DNA from: a virus
Lineage: Duplodnaviria > Heunggongvirae > Uroviricota > Caudoviricetes
IMG/VR virus record: IMGVR_UViG_2541047715_000004
DNA: 64,000 nucleotides
Reading direction: 5' to 3' (one strand)
The notes under the pieces were generated by a model. The model was not told where the DNA came from. It did not search any database and saw only the letters and a list, made by a program, of their open reading frames with translations. Position 1 is the first letter of the stretch; each line of letters opens with the position of its first letter. The position numbers and the translations under genes are program-made. Shown here one piece after another: positions 20,469 through 28,614 of this stretch.

Positions 20469-20888
20469 ATGTTTAGTGAAATGTTGCTTGAAGATGAACT
20501 GGATCGGAAAACAACAGAGGCTTTGATTCGTGTAGCGGACGAACATTCCCGGTCGCTTATGAGCGATCGAGAGGCTCGTCTGGCTATTCGTGCCATATTC
20601 GAAACTGCGCAGGGGCTTGTTGGCGCACAAGTAGGTGAAGCCATTAACATCGCCATGTCTCAGTTCAGTGAAGACAGTAAAAAGCCTCTGTTTCCTATGC
20701 ATTTGATGCTGGCTGGTGGCACGGTGCTTTATATCTCTGTTTGTCTGGATAGCAACCAAATCAATATTCTCAACACTGCGTCAGGTAAGTGGAAAGATCC
20801 GATTGTCTGTGAAACCAGTGAAGAAACTTTGAAAAAAGCGGCTCAATTTGTACGTAGCGCACTACTTAAGGGCGCTAAGAAGTTGTAA
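20469..20888 (+). CDS. hypothetical protein
   Basis: 139-aa ORF with RBS. Confidence 0.45.
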   Translation: MFSEMLLEDELDRKTTEALIRVADEHSRSLMSDREARLAIRAIFETAQGLVGAQVGEAINIAMSQFSEDSKKPLFPMHLMLAGGTVLYISVCLDSNQINILNTASGKWKDPIVCETSEETLKKAAQFVRSALLKGAKKL

Positions 20889-20897
20889 GGAGTTCTG

Positions 20898-21455
20898 ATG
20901 ACAACGATTGTTGCAGGCATCGATATCGAGTCTACGGGACTGGATTTCCTTGCTGGTCATAAAATTATTGAAATCGCAATTACCCGCTATGAACTGGAGA
21001 CACAGAGACATATTGATAGTCTGGAGATGCGTTTTAACCCTCGCAGAAACATAGATCCGAAAGCTCAAGCCGTTCATGGCATTTCATTAGAACAGCTCGC
21101 AGCTGAACCTTTGTTGTCAAATCATGCCAGCGAAATTGGCGCTTATATGGGGGCATGTAGTGCGTGGATTGCTCATAACGGCGAAGCGTTTGATATACCA
21201 TTTATTCGACACGAGTTTTCAGGGTATGGAGTAAGACTGCCAGACGTTCCCGTTATAGATACTATGTTATCGGGATTGTGGGCCACAGAAGACGGTAAAC
21301 GTCCTCGCCTTGAAGAGTTGGCCTTCTCTCTTGGCTTTATATACGATCATGCCAAAGCACATAGTGCCTTATATGACACAAACTTAATGATGCAATGCTT
21401 CTTTAAGGCACGTAATAAGTACGGATTTTTTAAATTACCCTCTGAAATTGTGTAA
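20898..21455 (+). CDS. DnaQ-like DEDDh 3'-5' exonuclease
   Basis: Exo motifs GIDIESTG, HNGEAFDIPF, HSALYD. Confidence 0.7.
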   Translation: MTTIVAGIDIESTGLDFLAGHKIIEIAITRYELETQRHIDSLEMRFNPRRNIDPKAQAVHGISLEQLAAEPLLSNHASEIGAYMGACSAWIAHNGEAFDIPFIRHEFSGYGVRLPDVPVIDTMLSGLWATEDGKRPRLEELAFSLGFIYDHAKAHSALYDTNLMMQCFFKARNKYGFFKLPSEIV

Positions 21456-21460
21456 AACAA

Positions 21461-21500
21461 AAGCCTACTTTAAAGAGAGTTTAAAGTAGGCTTTCTTTTA
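21461..21500 (+). terminator. rho-independent terminator
   Basis: Hairpin aagcctactttaaa...tttaaagtaggctt followed by T-rich run. Confidence 0.6.
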
Positions 21501-21615
21501 AAGAACAGCCGCCTTTCAATCATTTCCTGCCTGTATTTAATACTTTTCCGCCTGATAGGTTTAGTCAAAATGTAGCTATCGAAACGCAAATGTAACCAAG
21601 CAGAAGGAGACTTAC

Positions 21616-22425
21616 ATGAGTTCGGTTGAAAATGTAATGACAAATGATGATCTGGACGAGCTGACAGCCATGTTGCAATCACTTGATGAACCAGTAAAAA
21701 AAGCCGCACAGGTTGAAAATACTGATGATATTGACGATCTGCTGCTCGGCCTCGATGCTGGCGTAGCCATGAGTTCTGATGATGTTGCCGAAGAACTGTT
21801 CAATGAAGAAAAAGCAGGTGATTTCAGCTCTGCTTTAAATGAGTTGGAGTTAGCGCATGAGCCTATAAACGTAATTAACGCTGAAAGTGTTGAATCTGCC
21901 GAAAACGAGCCAGAACAATTGGGATTGATTGAGGTTGAAGAGTGTGTTGATGTTAATGATGAATTAAAAGTTCAACAGTCAAATGATAGCAACACAAATA
22001 AAAAAGCGCGTACTGCAAGAGGTCCTCGTTTTACTTTAAGTGATAAAGATGATTCGTTTTTCAATAAAGCAGGCTTAGAAACAGATATTTTCTTAGACGC
22101 TTACGAAAACGCGCCTGTCAAAGCAAAGGATAAGATATTAAACCTTCTTAATTGGTTTAGCGGAGGTCCAGATATTAGTGTTTACACGGTAATTTCCATG
22201 AGACACCTTCTCACAGAAAAGAAGGCTACAAGTAATAGTATTAAGATTGCTTTAATGAGCAATCCAGAAAAACCGTATCCGCTTAACACTGCGTCAACTC
22301 AGGCTGGGCAAATGATGGCTGTATTTCCAGCGACAGGAATTGCCGTTAGAGACGGTGGAAATCTAACATTGAACGAAGAATCACCGATCGTTAAGAAGTT
22401 TGTAGCGGAGTACACTATTGGATGA
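21616..22425 (+). CDS. acidic hypothetical protein
   Basis: 269-aa ORF rich in Asp/Glu. Confidence 0.45.
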   Translation: MSSVENVMTNDDLDELTAMLQSLDEPVKKAAQVENTDDIDDLLLGLDAGVAMSSDDVAEELFNEEKAGDFSSALNELELAHEPINVINAESVESAENEPEQLGLIEVEECVDVNDELKVQQSNDSNTNKKARTARGPRFTLSDKDDSFFNKAGLETDIFLDAYENAPVKAKDKILNLLNWFSGGPDISVYTVISMRHLLTEKKATSNSIKIALMSNPEKPYPLNTASTQAGQMMAVFPATGIAVRDGGNLTLNEESPIVKKFVAEYTIG

Positions 22426-22502
22426 CGTCCCCCTACTGAAAATAAAGCCCATAGAGAGCTTTATAGTGCTGGGTAAGCCAATCACATATCCAGCACCACA
22501 AA

Positions 22503-22549
22503 AACGCGCCAGAGAGCTTCTCGTTTGCATTTCTGGCGCGTTTTATTTG
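22503..22549 (+). terminator. rho-independent terminator
   Basis: Hairpin acgcgccaga...tctggcgcgt followed by TTTATTT. Confidence 0.55.
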
Positions 22550-22608
22550 ATTGCCAGACATAAAATCAAATGCAAAAATAGGTAATCACTTACCTATCGA
22601 GAAAGACG

Positions 22609-23202
22609 ATGATTGCAGCCGAAAAAATCAAACAGCGAAAGCGCGACAACTCTCTTCGTGACCTCTGGAGAACACCTGACTGGCTGTTTTCTGCCATTCA
22701 ACGTTATCTTGGAGTGACATTTGATGTTGACGTTGCCTGCAACAAGGACAATGCGAAGCTGCCTAATTTCATAGGCGTTGAGCGTGATGCTTTGAAATCT
22801 GAATGGGGACAGCCAGGTACAATTGCCTTCCTCAATCCACCCTACTCCAAAATCTCCCCCTGGATTGATGCGGCTATACGTGAGCAGGCTCGCGGAGTTA
22901 CAACAGTGATGCTAATTCCTCAATCCCTCGATACAAAGTGGTATGAGCGTGCAACAGAGTGTGCGAATGAGACGATTATTCTGTCTGGTGGCCGCGTAGC
23001 GTTTGTCGAGCCTGACGTCAATTTGGGTCAGGTAGAAGTAAACATCAACCCCGGTGGCAGTATGCTCGTTGTTTTTCGAGGATTCTGTCAGGACGCTGGG
23101 CACTCTATAAGCAAGATCCCTTTGGACGTCATGAAAAGTCTGGGAGGGTATGATCCTGCGAATGTGATCAGGAAAAAAAGACAATCAAAGAAGGCTGCTT
23201 AG
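22609..23202 (+). CDS. phage-type DNA N6-adenine methyltransferase (Dam-like, NPPY family)
   Basis: LWRTPDWLF near N-terminus and FLNPPYS catalytic motif. Confidence 0.65.
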   Translation: MIAAEKIKQRKRDNSLRDLWRTPDWLFSAIQRYLGVTFDVDVACNKDNAKLPNFIGVERDALKSEWGQPGTIAFLNPPYSKISPWIDAAIREQARGVTTVMLIPQSLDTKWYERATECANETIILSGGRVAFVEPDVNLGQVEVNINPGGSMLVVFRGFCQDAGHSISKIPLDVMKSLGGYDPANVIRKKRQSKKAA

Positions 23203-23223
23203 TTTGTTCTGGCGTCTGTAATT

Positions 23224-23282
23224 AGCCTGCTTCTGTATATATAAATAACTACATATTAATTATTAATATACGGAAGCAGGCT
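23224..23282. repeat. palindromic element CCTGCTTCTGTATATA...TATACGGAAGCAGG (copy 1)
   Basis: 16-bp arms around an AT-rich loop; near-identical arms recur at 52944-52999. Confidence 0.6.
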
Positions 23283-23388
23283 GTTTTATATCAGAGACTC
23301 CCAGACCTGAACACCACTACAGAATCCACTAGAACCCCTTCCCAGACGCTTTAAAATCGATTTTATGAACCACTTTAAGGAAACCAAC

Positions 23389-23619
23389 ATGTCATACCCG
23401 ACTAATGTCGTTGCGCTCGTAGAGAGCGATTTTCTGGCCCAGGCTCGTGAAATGATGAAAGATCGTGAGCAGGCTTTCAACTTGTACGAATGGGCAATTA
23501 AGTGCTTGCATCTTGGGGAGCATCGCGAACTTGTTGAACAGCTTTTAGGTGAGTTGATCAACGAGGTGTTTGCCTTGAATGTTCAACTACATGGTCGAAA
23601 AAATAATCAATCGAAATGA
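23389..23619 (+). CDS. hypothetical protein
   Basis: Start taken at MSYPTN Met with AAGGAAA RBS. Confidence 0.4.
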   Translation: MSYPTNVVALVESDFLAQAREMMKDREQAFNLYEWAIKCLHLGEHRELVEQLLGELINEVFALNVQLHGRKNNQSK

Positions 23620-24205
23620 TAGATAAGTACAAACTATTCATAAAGTGAATTGTAAGTGCTAAGATCTGATAGTTTCCAGTCGTAGACTGGAGGCTCGACC
23701 TGATGGGTGGGGGTAAGCGTCACTGGCGTCAGGTTTAAAAAAGCTCACTACCAGCGTAGAACCGGCACCGTTTAGGGGTTGGGGAAGGGGGAACCAAAGT
23801 GAGCAGAGACAAGGGTCACTTTATGATTGTCGAGTCTGGGGTGTTTCGAGAGGTTGAATCCAGTACTCCCCTTCATAAAGTGTGGGAAGATCTCGGTTCT
23901 GGGGTGCTGTCATCCATAACTTCCCAAGCCTAAGCTGGCAGTAGACTTAGGTCATAACTTTTCAGGTTATGAAACGACCAGGTTGGTGAGGAAATTTTGT
24001 ACTCACCTCCCTGGGAGAGTATTACCTGAAAAGACAACCTCTCACTTCGTTCGAGGTGAACTTCACTCACTTCGTTCGTTCAGTTCAGGTTTATAAAAAC
24101 CTGTTCTGGGAAGTAATTTGTTTATTTTAATAATTATTAACACGCACGCGTGTGCGCACGCGCGAGGAAAAAAAAATCGGCGCGGCGCTTGATTCAGGAG
24201 TTTAT

Positions 24206-24796
24206 ATGACGACGAAGACACCAGCCCGATCGCAAGCAAAAACTCGCAAAAATGACAAAAACAAAAATTCTCCCCGCACCAATTCCACAACGCCTGTCGT
24301 AGAGTTCAATCCCCAGCTTAAAACCGTGAAAATCTTCAGTGATGGCTCTTGCCTTAAAAATCCGGGTGGCCCGGGCGGTTACGGTATAGTTCTCCAGTAT
24401 GGTGGTGAGGAACGCGAGTTCTCAGATGGTTTTCATAGCACCACCAATAACCGCATGGAGATGATGGGGGCACTTATCGGGCTGGAGCGTTTGAAATATC
24501 CATGCAACGTTATTTTGTACTCTGATAGCCAGTATCTGAAAAACGGCATGACACAGTGGATGAAATGGTGGAAACGCAATGGATGGATGACTTCTGACAA
24601 AAAACCGGTAAAGAATGTTGATCTGTGGAAGCGTCTGGATGAGGCCGCAAGTCGACATAATGTTCGCTGGAAGTGGGTTAAAGGTCACGCCGGGCATCGT
24701 GAAAATGAAATATGTGATCGACTCGCGAAGATCGCAGCTTTTTCAGCAGCAGATATGCCTCACAAGAAAGATATTGGTTTTGTTTATAACAAGTAG
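24206..24796 (+). CDS. rnhA: ribonuclease HI with N-terminal basic extension
   Basis: Core [21 protein letters not shown]...NNRMEMM...SDSQYL...[19 protein letters not shown] parallels E. coli RnhA; start taken at ATG 24206 with AGGAG RBS. Confidence 0.85.
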   Translation: MTTKTPARSQAKTRKNDKNKNSPRTNSTTPVVEFNPQLKTVKIFSDGSCLKNPGGPGGYGIVLQYGGEEREFSDGFHSTTNNRMEMMGALIGLERLKYPCNVILYSDSQYLKNGMTQWMKWWKRNGWMTSDKKPVKNVDLWKRLDEAASRHNVRWKWVKGHAGHRENEICDRLAKIAAFSAADMPHKKDIGFVYNK

Positions 24797-24944
24797 TAAG
24801 TAAGTGTTTACCTATCATTTTAAATCATGTATCTTATCAGCGTCAGGATGACAATGTGTCGGTAAGACACAGTTCCAGGATGGAACGAGAAAGGCGGCTG
24901 GCGATCGCCAGCCGCAACTCTTTCTGACACTGGATGGAGTCCAC

Positions 24945-25439
24945 ATGGCACGTCAAACCTATTTCACTTCTGCAACTAAACGTCCTCGTTCTTTACGTCA
25001 AATTTTGGCCGAATTGTTTAGCGGTCGTGTTATGTCACGTCTTGATGAACTAGAGACTACCGTTCGGTTGCTGAATGAACGTTTAGATAATCAAGCGTCA
25101 GTTGTTGCGAACGTGGGGGCGATTGTTGCCTCTGGTTCTTCACGCGAAGCGAAAAGTACACGGCCTTTAGTGAAGGAGAAAAACAACAAGGACAGTTCGA
25201 ATGGAAAATTTTCAAAGAAAGAGGCTGAAACCAATGGCCTACGTTCTCATTATAGTTTCACTGGCGACGGTAGCCGTTCCAGCCGGCCAGAGCCTTTTGA
25301 TGCCGGGTTCATCCATCACCACACCTCCGTCGACGACAATTACCACCACTCCAGTAGAGCGTCCTGTCACTCTGGATGGGATGACGGTGGATGCGATACC
25401 TCAAGTTCATCCAGTTACTCAGGATCATGTTGTGACTAA
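24945..25439 (+). CDS. hypothetical protein (3' extent uncertain)
   Basis: 164-aa ORF with low-complexity C-terminal half, overlapped out of frame by ORF 25201-25452 that encodes a hydrophobic segment. Confidence 0.3.
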   Translation: MARQTYFTSATKRPRSLRQILAELFSGRVMSRLDELETTVRLLNERLDNQASVVANVGAIVASGSSREAKSTRPLVKEKNNKDSSNGKFSKKEAETNGLRSHYSFTGDGSRSSRPEPFDAGFIHHHTSVDDNYHHSSRASCHSGWDDGGCDTSSSSSYSGSCCD

Positions 25440-25448
25440 GGTGGTTGT

Positions 25449-25637
25449 ATGAACTGGCTTTCAAATCACTTTGGGAAAATTTGGCTGGCAATTCTGGCTC
25501 TCATGGCCGCCGGTTGGGTATCCAACATTATAAAACTCGTTTGCTCAGGTGATCTCCAGTTTCAGGCTGGCATGACCTTGGCTCGTGTAGTTGGGATTTT
25601 TATTTTTCCAGTCGGTTCGGTACTTGGTTATTTCTGA
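25449..25637 (+). CDS. small membrane protein
   Basis: 62 aa, two hydrophobic helices. Confidence 0.4.
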   Translation: MNWLSNHFGKIWLAILALMAAGWVSNIIKLVCSGDLQFQAGMTLARVVGIFIFPVGSVLGYF

Positions 25638-25730
25638 CGGTTGTTAGTGCATATGCATTGACCGTCTTTGCGTAAGCAATTTATGTAACCAGAAAACAAT
25701 TTGTTTTGACAAATAGCAAAAGGAAAACAC

Positions 25731-26156
25731 ATGTTAGGTTTCTTCAAAAAGAAAACTCGTAAAGCTGTTATCGAAGTCAAAAAAATGGAGAACCGTGATG
25801 CGGTTGAAGCCACCGTGTGGGGCGGGTACATGATCTCCTATGCCAACGGTACATGCGATGCAAAAGAAATTTCCATTCTTGAGAAAACAATTGCAGCTCT
25901 GCCTGCATTTTCTCCTTTTGCTGGTGAGATTGCCCAGATGAGCGCCAATATCCGCGCTCAATACGAAGCCTCACCGCGCCGTGCTAATGCCCAGGCTTTA
26001 CGTGAGCTGGCGGATGTGGCCGGGACTGATGATGCAGTAGATGTACTGTGTCTGTGCCTTGATATTGCCGACCAGGACGGCATTGATGAACCAGAAGAGC
26101 AGGCGCTGAAAAAGATCGCCCAGGCGCTTCAGTTGTCACTGGATGCTTATCTCTAA
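25731..26156 (+). CDS. hypothetical protein
   Basis: 141-aa ORF with GAAAACAATTTGTTTT motif and conserved RBS upstream. Confidence 0.5.
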   Translation: MLGFFKKKTRKAVIEVKKMENRDAVEATVWGGYMISYANGTCDAKEISILEKTIAALPAFSPFAGEIAQMSANIRAQYEASPRRANAQALRELADVAGTDDAVDVLCLCLDIADQDGIDEPEEQALKKIAQALQLSLDAYL

Positions 26157-26315
26157 TGCTTGAGAGATTCCGGCTTGTGACCGTCATTGCTCTTCTGGTG
26201 ATAGCGGTGTTGGTGGATTTTACGGGAAAGATGATGTCTGTCATTTCTGATGGCGTCCTCATTGGTCTGGCGATCTACTTCGCTTATCCGCTAGTCCGTA
26301 AAGCAACGTGTTAAT
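26157..26315 (+). CDS. small membrane protein (below 60-aa ORF cutoff)
   Basis: 52 codons MLERFRLVTVIALLVIAVLV..., start overlaps upstream stop, followed by terminator. Confidence 0.3.
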
Positions 26316-26316
26316 G

Positions 26317-26346
26317 ACAAGGGCCAAATGGCCCTTGTGTTTCGTT
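26317..26346 (+). terminator. rho-independent terminator
   Basis: Hairpin acaagggcc-aaat-ggcccttgt followed by T-rich run. Confidence 0.55.
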
Positions 26347-26453
26347 GACCGAAATAGAGAGTTTGCACCTTTACGTTTAGCTTGCTCCCCTTTTATGCCA
26401 CATCACAATAAAGCCAATAAGAAAACAACTTGTTTAAGCATTAGGAAAAACAC

Positions 26454-27023
26454 ATGTGCAAGAAATGCAAAGCGATAGCTGATGAACAAAACGCCTTATT
26501 CGAAGAAATGGATGCTAATGAACTGGTCAAAATGTTAGCCATTCTTCGAGGAATAGAAGACGTTTCCATATTTGAGAGAGTGGTTACAGCACTTAATTTT
26601 GAGTCCACCTTTGAAGAGCCAACTCAGGTTGTAGCTTTAGCACATCATTTCGGTGTTCATTATCTTGCTGAAAAAGAGCGCGCTGATAAGTTGCAGGCGA
26701 CTTTGGATATGGTGAGCGAGACTCAACGAACTGATGACACTAACAAGAGTGAGGCGATTATTGCCAGCAAAGATCGTGAAATTGCTGGGCTTAAATCCTC
26801 TCTAACGATGTTGATGTCTGCGTTCAATCTTATGTCTTCTCAGGCGGGTTATAAAATGCCATCACTAAACAGCGATGATCCGATGGCCGTTCGTCAGCTT
26901 TTGGGAGCAATGGCCGACCAACTCGACGACACAAAGAGTCGCCTTGAAGACATGATGCGTGAGTTAAGCCATCGACATAACCTCGCAACACAACCACACA
27001 AAGTCTTTCAAAGCTCTAATTGA
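26454..27023 (+). CDS. hypothetical protein
   Basis: 189-aa ORF, motif and RBS upstream. Confidence 0.5.
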   Translation: MCKKCKAIADEQNALFEEMDANELVKMLAILRGIEDVSIFERVVTALNFESTFEEPTQVVALAHHFGVHYLAEKERADKLQATLDMVSETQRTDDTNKSEAIIASKDREIAGLKSSLTMLMSAFNLMSSQAGYKMPSLNSDDPMAVRQLLGAMADQLDDTKSRLEDMMRELSHRHNLATQPHKVFQSSN

Positions 27024-27027
27024 TCTG

Positions 27028-27058
27028 ATATGGCCGCATGATCGGCCATATTGTGTTG
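27028..27058 (+). terminator. rho-independent terminator
   Basis: Hairpin atatggccg-catga-tcggccatat followed by T-rich run. Confidence 0.5.
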
Positions 27059-27077
27059 ATAAAAACAAGGGTGAAAA

Positions 27078-27359
27078 ATGGCATACGGTACAGGGATTTA
27101 CAACAATAAAGGAATTAACGTTACTGGCTTCCTTACACCTATTTTTTTTCTTGATCGATTTACGGCGTCATCAGGCTCTAAGACGTACTCTAATCCGCCA
27201 CCGGGTAAATCACTACATGCCGTGTGGTCATTAATGCCTCTTAACAACGACAACTACATCAATTTACCTGTTCCAAATGTTACTATTAATGGAAATACGG
27301 TTAGTTGGTCAAATTTATATACGGGGCTTGGTTCTTACATATACACATACTGGGGATAA
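27078..27359 (+). CDS. hypothetical protein
   Basis: 93-aa ORF in AT-rich stretch. Confidence 0.35.
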   Translation: MAYGTGIYNNKGINVTGFLTPIFFLDRFTASSGSKTYSNPPPGKSLHAVWSLMPLNNDNYINLPVPNVTINGNTVSWSNLYTGLGSYIYTYWG

Positions 27360-27361
27360 TT

Positions 27362-27976
27362 ATGTTCGGGATGTCAATTACTCAATCAGATGGAAGTTTG
27401 TGGATGAGTCCTGAATTTACTCCGCAAAATCTGATTAATAAAGGGACAATGTCTACATCTAAAGGTTCTGTTTTTCAAACATCAATCCCATCAAACAAAT
27501 CATGCTTTTTCTTCATAAAAAGCAGCAATAAGGCGAACATGATGTTTATTCATGAACATAGTAACGGATACAATGCTCTCAGATTGCATCAGGTAAATGG
27601 TAGCCCCGGAACAATAACAGTTTATGCTTTTTCTGATATGGTGTTACCACATTCTGGCTATGGCATTGCCATGTATAACAGCGCAGGCGCAATGGTGTAT
27701 CACGGTGAGATGATGCCCCTTGATGCAAAACTTATCACTATTACTGACCCACAATTTACAATAGATATGGGGTATCCGTGCGCAGTAATGCCTGCTATGG
27801 TTGGGGTTTATAACTATAGACGAACCGATTACGACAGACCTGTCTATGTAACTATGACCGGTGCAACTGGAAACCAAGTATATAACGGTCAATGGTATTC
27901 CGGTAATGTCACATGGGATATTAAGAAGATTTATACAAACAAAATCCTGGTTATAAATACCTCAAAGTATGATTAG
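27362..27976 (+). CDS. hypothetical protein
   Basis: Start taken at internal Met MFGMSITQ after upstream stop. Confidence 0.4.
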   Translation: MFGMSITQSDGSLWMSPEFTPQNLINKGTMSTSKGSVFQTSIPSNKSCFFFIKSSNKANMMFIHEHSNGYNALRLHQVNGSPGTITVYAFSDMVLPHSGYGIAMYNSAGAMVYHGEMMPLDAKLITITDPQFTIDMGYPCAVMPAMVGVYNYRRTDYDRPVYVTMTGATGNQVYNGQWYSGNVTWDIKKIYTNKILVINTSKYD

Positions 27977-28079
27977 CAAATACCTTTATTTAAAGGATTG
28001 CCTGTTAATTTCTATTTAGCACCTTTTCATTTTTGAAATAATTGCACTATTAAACAAATCTTTTCTTAATGGTGCAATT

Positions 28080-28556
28080 ATGAATACAGCTCTTTCCATC
28101 ATCGACGATACCAACTCAAACACTGCTATCGATTATCGTCAGGAAATGAACGTCATCCACGAAATCGTAGCCGAGTGCGAGAAAGAGATCGCCTTCATGT
28201 ATCAGGTTCACGACTTCGTTTATGGCGACGAACGCCACAACATGATTAATCGCCTGCTGCAACTGAACCATCGACCAGATGAAGAACGCTCACGTTTGAA
28301 TCGAGCTTGGCTGGATAAAGTCGATCTGGAATGGGTGAAACAGAATATTTGGGCCGAGTACTGGAGGAAGGTCACGGATATGACTAACGTTTTGCTGATC
28401 ATGCCAGCTTCCCGTCGCGACGAGTGGCGTGAGCAGTTTATAGAGGGCAAACAGGAAGTCATCAAAACTGACAGAACCGGCTACCAGATGAAGGTTAAAG
28501 AGTTCGTTGGTGTACCTGAGTTCAAAGTGGATACAAACATCCCTACGATGGTTTGA
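28080..28556 (+). CDS. hypothetical protein
   Basis: 158-aa ORF preceded by inverted repeat TAATTGCAC...GTGCAATTA. Confidence 0.45.
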   Translation: MNTALSIIDDTNSNTAIDYRQEMNVIHEIVAECEKEIAFMYQVHDFVYGDERHNMINRLLQLNHRPDEERSRLNRAWLDKVDLEWVKQNIWAEYWRKVTDMTNVLLIMPASRRDEWREQFIEGKQEVIKTDRTGYQMKVKEFVGVPEFKVDTNIPTMV

Positions 28557-28614
28557 TCTGACAGCTATCTGCAATTTGCACAGATGTCTGCCAGATCTGG
28601 TTCAGATTAATACA

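Noticed and set aside
20121-20759. 212-aa minus-strand ORF
   Set aside because: Antisense to the P-loop kinase and neighbouring plus-strand gene in a uniformly plus-strand block.
23620-24150. tRNA gene(s)
   Set aside because: T-loop-like strings (e.g. GGTTGAATCC) are present but I could not fold a convincing cloverleaf by eye; needs a proper scan.
24152-24205. Upstream ATG start for the RNase H gene
   Set aside because: That ATG lies inside the alternating GC tract with no RBS; ATG 24206 has an AGGAG RBS and aligns with the extension.
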